Shown here in pieces: positions 24,163 through 36,880 of a stretch of DNA of 64,000 nt. The translations under genes were made by a program, and so were the position numbers. Source of the stretch: Camelus dromedarius (lineage: Eukaryota); contig NC_087472.1 of the NCBI RefSeq assembly GCF_036321535.1, positions 95,420,001 through 95,484,000 of the forward strand. The letters run 5' to 3'. Each line of letters opens with the position of its first letter. The stretch's first letter is position 1. The notes beneath the pieces are model-generated. The model was not told the origin of the DNA, searched no databases, and saw only the letters and a list, made by a program, of their open reading frames with translations.

Positions 24163-25989
24163 TTTTGAAGAATAAATACTTTAGCAAAACAAAACTTTCA
24201 ATAGCTTAAAACTGGGCTTGTTTTATAACACGACTGAGTATTAATAACAACAATAATAATAATAGCTGGCATTTATTGAGTCAGGCCTGATTCCCTCTAT
24301 TTTGAGGCAGCAAAAAGTAGGTCTTCACACCCGACAGTAGATCTCGGTAGAAGATTTGGCTCAATGGCCAAAGGAACAAATAGCAGCCATGTTGCTGATT
24401 TAGAGGGTCTTGCCCTAAAATCCTCCAAAGCTGTGTTTCTTCGTTTTCTTAAAGAATCCTTCCTTACTTATTCCACAGCTATTTCAAGGAATAATAGAAA
24501 CGGAGAGCAGAACTTGTTTTTTATAAACTAGATGATATAAAATAGAAACAATAGTTGCAGCGATGCAGTCGTCTCTCACATTGCCCTACAGCTAATGGGT
24601 ACATTTCTGTCGGCTCTGGGTGGGGTTTCTAAGGAATCTCAAAAAGAATGGCCTTCAAAGACAAAACTATCTGGGGCTCAGTTGTGGAAACTTCCAGGAC
24701 TTTACCCTTGAGGGAATTTTGCCTCAATTTTCTTGAGTCTTGGTGTCTTCATCTATGAAATGTGAGGCAAAAAATAACTTCAAAAGTTCTTGAAGGATAT
24801 AAAGGGTCTGGAACAGAGGAGACACCCATAAATATCCGATTCTCTGGCAATGTCCCTCCCTCCCTTCCCAGGAAGGTAATAGCCTTTCCTCTATTTCCCA
24901 CTGGTTTTAGAATAAAAATTATTGCTCACAGTTGATTCAAACCTATCTTCTGTTTTTGTTTTGGATTTGGTTTCGGTAGGAGTTTTGCCCACCTCCCTAT
25001 CTCGAATTTATATTATTATATTGTATGTTGTAATTATGTATTAATGTGACTACTCCAGAAACTCTGCAAATGTAGGTTCTGTCTTTGCCTAATTCATTCA
25101 GAGCAATTTGACAGGGCTCATTCCTTGTACACAGTGGCATTAAATAATTATTGACAGCTTGACAGCATATATTTACTTTAACACTTTTTCTTTTCCTACT
25201 GGCAAATAATTAACAACATTTCCTCCAAGAAGTAGCCTACATTTTGAAGTGTAAATGGCAACAAGGCAAGACTTGTCATCTAAGGAGCAAGGATGATGTA
25301 TTCTACAATAAAACCGGTGCAATATCAAGGCTCAGGCTGGACATTGTGGATTCTGAATCTGGAAGTCTTGGGATTTTTAGTTTCAGTAAATGCTGTTATT
25401 CATTCTAAGGGTCCCCATCACTCAGTTTTTATGTGCAGTCTGGACGACTGAAGCCTGTCTGGAACATTCACTAATATTTAGCACACTGGGCAGGGTTCTC
25501 CCCAACCATCTGAGATTCATTCATTCAGACATGACAATATGTTCCCTGGTCTCCCCAGAAAGCTCATGTATCTCCTGAAGAGCAAAAATCTCATCGAGCC
25601 TGCATCCTCCAAATTTAAAAACATTAAATGTTATCATTTATGAAGAAATCCCTTGTAAAGTTAAATGTTTTATTTTTGTTGGTTTATTGTCAGTTTAATA
25701 AACATCAAGAACCATGACCATGTAGGATACATTAATACATCATCCCAGATCTCTTCTTTCCTTCCACTGACCTCCATACCTCCATCTACACGGGTCAAGA
25801 GGGAGGCCAGAACTCTCATGCTTCTAGAAATTTCCCCCATCTCCTCCTTCTTTCTAACCTCTCCATCATTGTTTATTTCAAGACCATTAACTATAATCAC
25901 ATCACACCCTCTACTTCTGTTTGTGTCAGTTATCAACCCAGGTCTCTTGGTTTATCCTTAATGCTCTGAACCCTTTCCACTGTGCCCTG

Positions 25990-27130
25990 TAAAAATAGTT
26001 TCAAACTTTTTTTTTGTCACAGGACCCTATAAACTCTTAAAATAAATGAGGACTTCCAAAGAGCTTTGGTTTATGTGATGTGTGTGTATGTATGTGTGTG
26101 TGTATATATATATATATATATAGCTGTATTCAAAATTAAAAGGAAATTTTCAAATAGGAGTTCATTTAAAAATAATATGCCCATTGCATGTTAACAAAAG
26201 TTACAGATTTTTAATGAGGAAAAAAATGAGTGAGAAGAGTGACGTTACTTTACATTTTTGCAAATCTCTTTAATGCCTGGTCTAATAGAAGACAGCTGGA
26301 TTCTTATATCTGTGCCTCTGCATTCAATCTGTTGTGATATGCTATTTTAGTGGAAGTATATGAAGAAAATCCAGCCTCACCCAGACATGTGGTTAGAAAA
26401 GGGAGGATTATTTTGAGAATCTTTTCAGATAATTGTGGATATTATTCTTTGACACTATATCAAAACTCAGCAAATGGTAATTTCTTAGAAGTTAGTTGCA
26501 ATGGGGAACCTAAAACTGTATTTCTAAACTTATTTTTACTCTGTTACATTAAAGTCCTTTAGTCTATCTTTCACTGTGAATGTGTATTTTTCCCATGCAT
26601 GATTTTGTAATATCATGTATCATGCATTTGGAAAACACCGCTTCACTGAGTTATACAGATGTTCCAAACGTTGACACATTTTATTATACAATATTGAAAA
26701 ATTACATTTGTCAATATTATCACTGATCTCATCAAAATAGTCTTAAAGTGTTGGGCAACTATCACCTGGGTGCATGGAAGTCTTCCAAAAATCAAAATCC
26801 TACTTGAAAGCTCAAATTTTATCATTGGCAACAAATATTGTCAGCATTTTCCTTGAAGTAACATATTCAATTCATTCATTTATGAGGAACTGCCAAATAC
26901 CCAAGTCTGGGTAGGCATCATTTTTTCTGTCAGTCTTTCTTTCGAGTAAGAACTAGTCTTGAGGGGAAAAAAAAGTTGTTAATTCAGCTGGCAACTCAAA
27001 CAACTGCACCTGTGCTCTTCTCCAAGCTAACCTACCTCAGTATATAGAAAAAGAGTTTTATGCATATTTCCCATTTAATCACAGTATATTGAACAGATAT
27101 TCAATCAAAGGTTGAGATTGAATAAACTGC
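25990..27130. mobile_element. Charlie1-like hAT DNA transposon remnant
   Basis: ttttcagataattgtggatattattctttgacac...gttagttgcaatg...gaaagctcaaattttatcattggcaacaaata resembles Charlie1a/b. It contains a (TG)/(TA) STR at ~26080-26122. Confidence 0.65.
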
Positions 27131-27319
27131 TATTCTAGAACTCACGATCAATCACTAGCAAAACCCTGAATGTTGTCTGTACTATACAAGGGGTGTTAGT
27201 GTTGTACAAAGGGAGCTAGAATTGTTAACAACATATTGACATGATCCTACAATCTCTTAATAAACCTTTCTGGAAGCTTCCAAAATGAGCTTTGTCATCT
27301 TGTACTTACACTTTATCCT

Positions 27320-27700
27320 TGTACCAATTAGGAGGCCTTTGCTGGTAAAAAAATAAACCTGACTCAAAATGATTAAGATAATCAGGAAAAGTTGTCATCT
27401 CTCAAACTCAGAAATCTCAAGGTAGGGCATCTTCAGGGTTGGCAAATTCAGGGCTCATGGTACAAACATGGGGCTCACATTTCTGAGTGACACATGAATA
27501 TGTGACATGTGTGGGGTAAAATGCGCTGCTGCCTTTTCCTCTGAGTCTCTTTATAAGAGCCCCTAGCAGACCTCATCTCACATCTCGTACTGCGTGGCAC
27601 CGCGTGCCCACACCTACACCAAATCGCAGGCACAAGGAATGGAATCTCCACAAATGGTTAAGATTAATCCATATTGAACCCCGAGCTTTAGTAACCTTCC
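27320..27700 (-). mobile_element. Old MLT1-type MaLR LTR
   Basis: aaacctgactcaaaatgattaa...ggtagggcatcttcagg...ccctagcagacctcatctcacatctc...gcccacacct. Confidence 0.5.
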
Positions 27701-27769
27701 CTAAGGGATGAATACCTGAATGAAATCATGTTGCAGTTCAAGAAAGGAGAAAGGGAGAAGGGATTTGGG

Positions 27770-28225
27770 GGTAAATGCGGTCAGTGCCCTGCCCACGGCC
27801 TCTCTGCTCTCGCCCCTGCACAGTAAGGGCTGCTTACTGCAACCCTGTGACTCCCGACTTGAAGACTCTTTACTGGACATGGAGCTATAAACCATGCACC
27901 AGGCAGGTCAGAAGTGCCAGAGAATTAATGGCCCAGAAGCAGCCCTCAACCAATGATCCACGAGGAATTAGTGGCTAAACAGCCAGCTTCCCAGGTACTC
28001 ATCTGAGATAACTTTGAGATGCATTGTACATTTCCCAGAATTAACCAGTGGACTAAGCCACGGGAGTAACCACTTAATACTGTACTTTTTATTGGCCACC
28101 GTCCTTGCCCTCTGTCATTTCTCCCCTTCCCTCGCCAGTGTTTCCTGTAAGCATCTTCCAAATAAACTATCTGTAATAGCATTCTTGTCTTAGGGTCTGC
28201 TGCTGGGGAACCTTAAGCCAGGAAA
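27770..28225 (+). mobile_element. LTR16-like ERVL LTR
   Basis: cagccctcaaccaatga...gataactttgagatg...ccaaataaactatctg...cttgtcttagggtctgctgctggggaacc. Confidence 0.6.
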
Positions 28226-29048
28226 ACAGCTCCTCCCTCAAAACAATCCACTACAATTAGAAATTCAGAAGCCCGTTTTTCAATTGCTTCTTCTTAGAGA
28301 GCTTTTATTAGCACACTTCTCCTCTAAGAATTCCTGCTTTCTGCCAAACACCGCAAAAATGAATACTACTTCTTGTTTAGGCATGCACACAAAGTATTTT
28401 TAAGTATATAAAATTAATCATGTTGCCTGCTGTCCCCCGGGTACATTCTCAGGAACTGCCTCCCCCCAGCCTCTGCTCAAAGGGCAGCCATTTGTAGCCA
28501 CATTTGGACCCAAGTAGAGCCAATCCTTTGGCTGACAGCGCCCACATGGTATGAAAAGATAAGCAAAGACAATCCGATTTCTTCTCTTGAAAATTTAAAC
28601 TAGGAAATAACAATACCAAGAAAATGAGGAATTTCACTGTGTGAAGATGAGCTGGAGTTATGAACAGTTGGTCAGAGCAGTAAAGCAGTCAACAGAAATT
28701 ATTATGAACCAGAAACTATGATAAAACCAAAATTATGATGTATGAAGATAGGATACATGAAGAAGAAAACAATAAGCAGAGAGTATCAGTTCAAAAGAAG
28801 TAGGCAGACTAGGAACACTCAAGTTTTATCAGTAGGATAGCTGTGGAACGGAAGAGACTCATGAAGTTGTTTCAAGAGCTGTTTCTGTTCCTACCTCTCC
28901 TTCCAATGACAACCTCCACAAGGCTCAGCACTCTTACAGCTCGTGAACTGAATTTTCATGAGATGCTATCTCCTTATTGGCCATGTTTGTCCTGATACCA
29001 GTTCCCCTTATATGAAGAAGCTTGAGTAAGCATCTAACAACCAACACT

Positions 29049-29300
29049 GACACAAATGAACTTACCTACAAAACAGAACAGACTCACAGACGTAGAGAAC
29101 AAACTTATGGTTACCGGGGAGAAAGGGGTGAGAAGAGATAAATTGGGAATTCGAAATTTGCATCTCTTAGAGAGTGATAGAAATGTTAGCTATCTTGATT
29201 GTGGTGGTGGTTTCATGAGTGTATACGTCTATCAGAATCCATCAAATTGTTCATCTCAAATATGTGTAGTTTACTGTACAGGAATCATACCATAATTAAG
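29049..29300 (+). mobile_element. Short L1 3' end with a non-canonical (chimeric) tail
   Basis: Young L1 3' UTR up to atttgca (29162), then an L1M-like tail gagtgatagaaatgttagctatcttgattgtggtggtgg; the same structure occurs at 48830-49075. Confidence 0.8.
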
Positions 29301-29479
29301 GTGTGTTTTTAAAAGATGCTTTAAAAGAAATCCCAGAAAAACCTGGGATTGTTTTCAACATACAATGAGATGTTTACAATGTGATCCAAGGTGCACAACA
29401 ATAGGAATATACTTAACTACGGAATTGTAAATTTTTAAATGATTAAGAAGGTAAATTTATGTTATATGCTTTTTACCAC

Positions 29480-29483
<4 letters not shown>

Positions 29484-29548
<65 letters not shown>

Positions 29549-29567
29549 TACACACACACATATATAT
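29484..29567. repeat. Compound (TA)n(CA)n microsatellite
   Basis: Directly visible. Confidence 0.95.
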
Positions 29568-29802
29568 GAGATAATATAGAGAAAATGGAACATGGTGCAC
29601 AGATATAAGAGTTTCAAGTAAAGCATCTTGTCGTGTGAAATACCCACATAATGATGGTATTTTCCAGAATAATAGAATGTTACCCATAGTTAAGAGTCAA
29701 AGAAAAATAACCTGCTATTCTGCTCTTCATCTCACACCCCAATTGAGGATATAAAAAGATTAAAAGTAGTTAGAAGAATTTTGGAAGAATAAATTGATTT
29801 GC

Positions 29803-30784
29803 TGTGATGGCTTTTGCAAACCTAGGGAAAGAGATATATTGAGACCATCTGAAAAGTTTCACCTATTTCTCACATGGGTGGAGAAAGACACTGGTTAGAG
29901 TCAGACTCCTCCCTAAGTAATATTAGGGTCTAGAATTGTGTGCTGCTTTAAAACAGGAGTGAAAGAAAGGTTACTGCATTGGAGGTCACGTGCATTCTGA
30001 GAATAATTTGGGAGAAACATGTAGTCTGCACATGAGCGAGTTAGTGTAGCTTCATCTCATTTCTTGTCCAAGCGACTCCAGGAAAGGGACAAACAGAAGC
30101 TGTAAGTGCCACCAGATGTCTAGGTGCCAAGGAAGGCTCTAGTAACCAGCCAGCCAGCCAACCAGCCAAGAGCAATCAGAGATGTGCTTCCCCTATCAAA
30201 AGAACTGTAAGTGACAGTGAGAGATTCCCAGCAATGAGATGCAGAGGCAAAGGGCCACAGGGTCTCTGATGATCCCATAAAGGTGCCTGCCCTGAAAAGA
30301 CTCAGCTTTAAACACTTGCCAGATCTAGAGAGGGTTGATGCTGGATCACCAAACAATGGCAGGCAAGCCAGAATATTCTCATCCTCTTTACCCTCTGCTG
30401 CTTCCAGCTCTAAACCTAGAGGGCTCTGACTGCTTTGGGGGAAGAGGAATTAACATGCAAGAGAAGAAGAAGGAATAAACTAATCAGAAACCCCACCCAC
30501 CCATCCATCTACTGGCAACCGGCCGGCAGCAAGCAAACTAGAAGAGAGAAGCTTTACCTTCAAGTGAAAGATAGTATTTTGACAGGACAAATTAATTACT
30601 GACTCAAGGTTGTTTTATTACCTAAGGTGACCATTAAAATTATGGGACTTCCCTTAAATTTCATCAAAGGCTAACAAAAGAACCAGCCCCACAGAATAAA
30701 TTTAAAGAGATATTGAGAGACAAAAATAAAGTTCCTTTATAGTTACACCCCCATGAACCCTGCTTATTCAATGGAAAGGTTACA
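29803..30784 (+). mobile_element. Possible ancient Gypsy-like or ERV LTR relic
   Basis: Termini tgtgatgg...aaaggttaca and AATAAA near 30725; heavily decayed, with no clear TSD. Confidence 0.3.
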
Positions 30785-31189
30785 GATTTTTAATTTTAGG
30801 AAACAGGCTGGATAAATGTTTTAAAAGGCTCAATCTGATCAAGTAAACTTTCCATTTCAAAAACAACCAAGGAAAATACCACCAACCTTTATTTAGACAG
30901 GGACAATATTTTTGAGTACAAGCAAAATAAAACAAAGAATGACAATCTATCTCGAGTTGGTATCTAGACAGTTCAAGGAACTGGAGAGAATTAGAACAGC
31001 ACAAATTTTTCTATGCAGAAAATGTAAATTCTATTTTCCCAATTGCAGACCCATTATTTTGCAACGCATACCATCAAAATTCAAAGTCTAGGCCTATTCT
31101 TTTCTCAATACTCTTTAAGTTTCAGTATCTCTTTCTAAAGTGTAAAATGAAGCAGATACAGGTTTTAAATATGACAGTGACAATATCAA

Positions 31190-31400
31190 TAAGAATAGTT
31201 ACAATTTATTGAGCATTCACTCTGCGTCAGGCTTGGTGTTATAAGATGGACTGCGATCACCTTATCTGACCTTCACAGTGCTATTATAGGCAGGTACTTG
31301 CTACTGGTATCGCCATTCTTGTAGATAAAGACACAGAGGCAGAGGAAAGTAAATTCATTCATCTAGGACCCTGGGATTAATAATTACCAGAGCCAAACCC
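31190..31400 (-). mobile_element. MIR SINE
   Basis: aatagttacaatttattgagc...tgtagataaagacacagaggcagag. Confidence 0.6.
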
Positions 31401-33104
31401 AAGACCTTTACCGCTTTAGTATGTTTTACTTTGCTGAGAAAACATTCCAAACAATGAGAGGTGTTTTCGAGTATTGATCTGTCACCAGGCTTTGATTTCC
31501 GACCCTGCAGAGGTCCCAGGTTCCTTTAACACCTATGCCGTGGGGACAGGCGCAGTGGGTGTGTTTTCTCCTGACAGATAAAATCCCAGATTCACAGGGG
31601 CTTGCTGGAGAACTCACCCCAAGTAATTAATCCCCTCAGCTCCCAACGATGTCCCTTTAATAAGTCCTAAAATGATTAAAATAAATCCTCTTTACAATTC
31701 CCATCAGCCACAAAATTATTAACAACTTAAAATGATTTCCATATGTCCCTGGCTTGCTTAGACACAAAATTCAGGGGTCTATTAAAATTACTTCAGGCCA
31801 TCAAGCAGAAAAGCAAATGTGCTTCCTGTAATTCTTTCTTAATAGCACTGGACCTGTTTACCAAGGACCGTGACCTGCTAACAACTACAGTTATCCCCAG
31901 GGACAGCACACCGGCACTTTTCATTCTGCCTAAAAAAAAATAGATTAATGAAAATAAAAATTTAAAAAGGGTCTTTCTCATTACAACTTTGATGATGCTT
32001 TCTCCACTGGAAGATTCTAATACTTTGTAAACTAGCCCTCATACCTGTGGAAACTGTGTGAGGCTCAGGCTACTTCTAAAAATAAATAATATATTCTTCT
32101 TTACGGCAAGGAAATAACATACCAAAGCCATATAATCATTCCTATACACATATTATCTTCAGAATAACATTTGTGCTTCAGCTGAGATTTTGTCAGAAAA
32201 TCCAACTGGGTATTGTGTGTCAGCTGCATCCCAACGCACCCAGGGTCACGGGGAGAAGCTTTCACTTTTCCCCTCGCTCCTGGGTTCCAGGGTGCCCCTG
32301 ACTGAGGTCACGGCCTGCCCTCTTTCTCCATGCTTCTCAGTCCTCTGCTTTTTTCCTGATCATCGTCCGTCCCTGCTTCTCTTCATTTTCGTGTCCTCAT
32401 TAACTTTATTGTCCTCATCAGATGACTCAGAGTGATCACAGAGCAATGATTGGTAAATGAATTGCATTAGCAATCAATTTGCCTGAGGCTTACCCTGACT
32501 CCTCCTATGTGTAAATTAGGGAATTACAGAGTCAAGATAATGGAAGGGGAGAAAGACAGGAGGGAGGAAGGAGGAAGAGACGGGGAGGGAATGAGATATC
32601 TTAGGTATTTGTAGCAATGAACTGAGAAGAGATGTCATATGATAAAGGTGTTATGTTATGTCATTGTCACTGTGATAATAAATTTTTGGAAAATTAAAAA
32701 TACATACATGATGCTTTAGATGATAGCCTGAAAGAACTTTAGGAAAAGAGTCTAGAGGTTCTTCTTGATTCTTCTACTCATAATTTTTTCCCCCAAATAA
32801 TTCCATCTTAATTGGTTGGTACGGGGTGGGGAGTGGAGAGTGAAAAAAAAATCTCACCTTTATTCAATGTGAGTGTAGTTTGGAAACTCAAGCTGTCTGT
32901 CCAATAGGATCAGATTACCTACTGAATGTGTCAGAATATCTAAAATGCTTTTTCAAATCCCTGAGGTACTTCCAGCTTGCCAATCATATGCTGAACCACA
33001 AACATTTACATCCATGTAATTCAGAAAAAAAATGACTTGAAACAGACTTTTCTCTACAGATGCAGTAGCTTAAAGATTCTTGCACGATGTTGGTGAAAGG
33101 CGTG

Positions 33105-33481
33105 TGTTATGGACTGAACTATGTCCTTCCGAAATTCCAGTGTTGAAGTCCTAAACTCCAGTACCTCTGAATGTGACTGTATTTGGAAACAGAGCCTTTA
33201 AAGAGGTGATTAAGGTAAAATGATCTCTCTCATGTGACTGGTGTCCCTGTAGAAAGAGATTAAGACACAAACAAACAAGCATAGTGGAACACCAAGTGAA
33301 GACACAGTGAGAAGACAGCCATTTACAAACTAAGAAGAGAGAATTCAGTAGAAATGAATCCTACTGATACCTTCCTTCATCTCCTAATTCTAGCCTTCGG
33401 AACCATGAGAAAACACACTTCCGCTGCATGAGCCTCCCAGACGGGGATACTTGGATATGGCGGCCCGAACCGACTAGCCCA
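33105..33481 (+). mobile_element. MLT1B-like MaLR solo LTR
   Basis: Starts tgttatggactgaa...gaatgtgactgtatttggaaacagagcctttaaagaggtgattaagg. TSD gcgtg / gggtg. Confidence 0.8.
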
Positions 33482-33866
33482 GGGTGCCACACCAATCCCA
33501 ATCCTCATCCAGGTTCCCCCAGATCAAAAGTCAGAGACTGGAGTCGTTTAACCATGGATATGGTAAGGATCTGAAAGAAACTCCAAAACTGTAATAGATG
33601 AATAGGAGGAAAGGGTAAATTGATGCAAAAATATCATGGTTTACTATTTCTTATCAACTTTCAAAAAGGGCTGTGAGTTATAGGTTGGGGCCAAAACTGT
33701 TATGAACATGAGAGACCTAGAAAGACAAAAAGGATAGGCTTTTCGTAATTTTCATGGATTTTTCTAGAACACAGAACATGAATTCTGGGATTCCTTTGGG
33801 ATTCAGGTGACAGGAAGGAAAGATAAACCATGGAGATGTCTGTAAGCAAGTAAGACTGCCCAGTCT

Positions 33867-34952
33867 TCTAAACAGACATCTCTCCAAAGAAGACATCCAG
33901 ATGGCCAACAGGTACATGAAAAGATGCTCAATATCGTTAATTATCAGAGAAATGCAAATCAAAACTACACACCTCACACCAGTCAGAACGGCCATCATTA
34001 AAAACTCCACAAATGATAAACGCTGGAGAGAGTGTGGAGAAAAAGGAATCCTCCTACACTGCTGGTGGGAATGTAAATGGCTGCAATCACAATGGAGGAC
34101 AGTATGGAGGTTCCTCAAAAAGCTAAAAATAGACTTACCATATGACCCAGCAATCCCACTCCTGGGCATTTATCCAGAAAAGATGAAAACTCTAATTTGA
34201 AAAGACACATGCACCCCAATGTTCATAGGAGCTCTATTCACAACAGCCAAGACATGGAAGCAACCTAAATGTCCATTGACAGATGACTAGATAAAGAAGA
34301 TGTGGTGTATACATATTCAAATGGAAGGTTACTTAGTCATAAAAAATAATGAAATAATGCCATTTGTAGCAACATGGATAGACCGAGAGATTACCATATT
34401 AAGTGAAGTAAGTTAGACACAGACTGAAAAATATCATGTGATAACACTTATATATGAAATCTAAAAAATGATACAAATTTTATTTACAAATCAGAAATAG
34501 ACTCACGGACATAGAAAACAAACTATGGTTACCAAAGAGGAAAGGTGGAGGGAGGGATAACTTAGGAGTTTGGGAGTAAAAGATACACACTTCTATATAC
34601 AAAACAGATAAACAACAAGGACCTACATATAGCATAGGGAACAATATTCAATATCTTCTAATAAGCTATACTGGAAAAGAATCTGAAAACATATGTGTGT
34701 GTACATATAGGAATGTACACAGGGGGAGGGTATAGCTCAACTGGTAGAGCATATGCTTAGCATGCATGAGGTCCTGGGTTCAATCCCCAGTACCTCCTCT
34801 AAAAATAAATGAATAAACCTAATTACCTCCCCCCAAAAACAAACAAAAAAAATTTTTTTAAATAGGAATGTACACATAACTAAATCGCTCTGCTGTACAT
34901 CTGAGACTGACATTGTAAATCAACTATACTTAGATAAAAAATAAAATTAAAA
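33867..34952 (+). mobile_element. 5'-truncated L1 (ORF2 C-terminus, 3' UTR, tail)
   Basis: ORF 33901-34200 ([10 protein letters not shown]...[16 protein letters not shown]...[15 protein letters not shown]) is the L1 ORF2 C-terminus; an artiodactyl-type 3' UTR follows. Confidence 0.92.
34722..34861 (+). mobile_element. Full-length tRNA-derived SINE (Vic-1-like) nested in L1
   Basis: Contains the A box tagctcaactgg and B box ggttcaatccc. Perfect 15-bp TSD ATAGGAATGTACACA at 34707-34721 and 34862-34876. Confidence 0.93.
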
Positions 34953-36288
34953 ACTGGTCTTAATGCCATGGTCTTCCCATTTCACACTGAATAGATACCT
35001 TCATAAAGAGCAATATGGTGTCCAATATTCTACTGAAAATTGAAAGGAAATTAAGAACAAAATTCTCATCACAACATCTGCATTTCTGTCAAAGAAAAGC
35101 ACAATGCACTACCTCCCAAATTAGATGAGGATGTTTCAATATTAATAGCTAGAAATTTTCCATTTGGATACAGGAATCTTGTTATACTTTGGAATCAGCT
35201 TTACTCATTACAATCACCTTCATTTTTACTTTGCATATTAACATATTTTACTGAATTAGCTATATTTTTTATCCGACAAAGCGTTTCATTACAGAAGTCA
35301 AATGCCAGTGCATTTGTATATGTGTGTATGTGTGACTGCGCCTGTTGAAGTGAAAAAGACACTCACAGGCATTTAGACATTGTGTAAAATAAAAGTTATC
35401 TATTTGGAGGAATTTTAAAATATCTATTAAGGAAATTTTAGGAATTTTCAACAGGGAACAAAGACAAACTAGCCATCCCAAACACTGTTAGTGGTTTCCT
35501 GATGTTTTCTTTTTCTCTTCACTTTTTTTCTCCATGCTGCTTACTATTTTTAGTTCTTGGCATCCATTGATCTTTCCAGATTCTTAACTTTCTGTAACTG
35601 CACTTTATTTTCTCGAGGCAGATTTGTCTACGGGCCTCATTTCTATGATTCTGCTGTTATTAGCCTAATAAGTATTCTCCCTCACACTCGCTGCAAAGTG
35701 GTTTTCTAACAGCACAAACAAATAAATGAGTAAATAAAAAATGTGACTTCATTTGCTGCACATATGATTTGTACTTAAAAATAAGCAGCAGTTTTTATTT
35801 TCTATGCTGGTAAGAAATTTGCAAATCCATCAGGTCAAAATAACCAGCACATGCAAAATGCCTGTCACTTACCACAAATTTTATTTTTAAGATACATTTG
35901 AATAGTTGGGAGAATTGTCAATCTGTACATTTTCCTTTGATTATAGAGGAGACAGCCTGCCATTATACCAGAAATAGTTAATATTACAGCAGGAGGCAGC
36001 CCAGAAACATACAACTCCTTCTGCTTTCCAATTTGTATTTATTTGAGAAAGGTCTAGGCATTGTTGTTTATGCCAAATTCTTTAAGAAGGTGTTGTATGC
36101 TTAGAGCCTACCTTTCATTAGAATCTTAGATTAAGATCTTAGCAATTATAAGATTTATTTTTCACCAGGAAATGTTTCTTATGTGACTTCTACAAATACA
36201 TTACTTCAGTTTTTATTGGTAACTGATATATGCATATGTGCTCACCACTGTTGTAGGACATGTAGGAAATATGAAAAACACCTAAGCT

Positions 36289-36730
36289 TCTCCAACCTGG
36301 GCCCAGCAGAAAGGCTCCTGCAAAGAAGCGGGGCGAGGAGAAAGGCCATCCGGCCATCAACGAGGTAGTGACCAGAGAACACACCATCAATATTCACGAG
36401 TGCATACATGGAGTGGGCTTCAAGGAGTGTGCACTCTTGGGCATTTGAAAGGATCCGGAAATTTCCTGTGAAGCAGATGGGAACTCCAGATGTGCACCAT
36501 GACACCAGGCTCAGTAAAGCTGTCTGGGCTAAAGGAATAAGGAATGTCCCATACCATATCCATGAGCGGTCATCCAGAAAACGTAATGAGGATGTAGATT
36601 CACCAAATAAGCTCTATACGTTGGTTACCTAGGTACCTGTCACCACTTTCAAAAATCTCCAGACAGTTAATGTGGATAAGGACTAACCTATGATTGTCAA
36701 ATAAAGTTGTAAAACCTAAAAAAAAAAAAA
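36289..36730 (+). pseudogene. RPL31: Processed pseudogene of 60S ribosomal protein L31 (eL31)
   Basis: Intronless match APAKK...AINEVVTRE...[22 protein letters not shown]...[33 protein letters not shown]. Lesions: ATG mutated to AAG (36311), a frameshift at ~36435 and a TAG at 36630. AATAAA at 36700, poly-A, and flanking atgaaaaac..acctaagct duplication. Confidence 0.96.
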
Positions 36731-36880
36731 TGAAAAACAAAAACCTAAGCTATGGTTTCCATGTTAAATTGCTCACAATTTAGCTGAAGAAAAGACTAAG
36801 AAACATAAACAACCCAAGACTAAATTCAACTAAATCCCAAGGATAAGTTCTGAAGAGAGAAACTTCAGTCAGAATGGAAA

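Noticed and set aside
23550..24175. 151-aa ORF and neighbours
   Set aside because: No recognisable domain or splice structure; they run into LTR-like and SINE sequence.
33717..34169. 150-aa antisense ORF (similar ORFs at 8484 and 48414)
   Set aside because: Antisense reading of the L1 ORF2 3' region.
34722..34800. tRNA gene (also at 12.2, 14.1, 16.6, 50.6 and 52.6 kb)
   Set aside because: These have A/B boxes but also A-rich tails, TSDs and divergent stems, so they are tRNA-derived SINEs.
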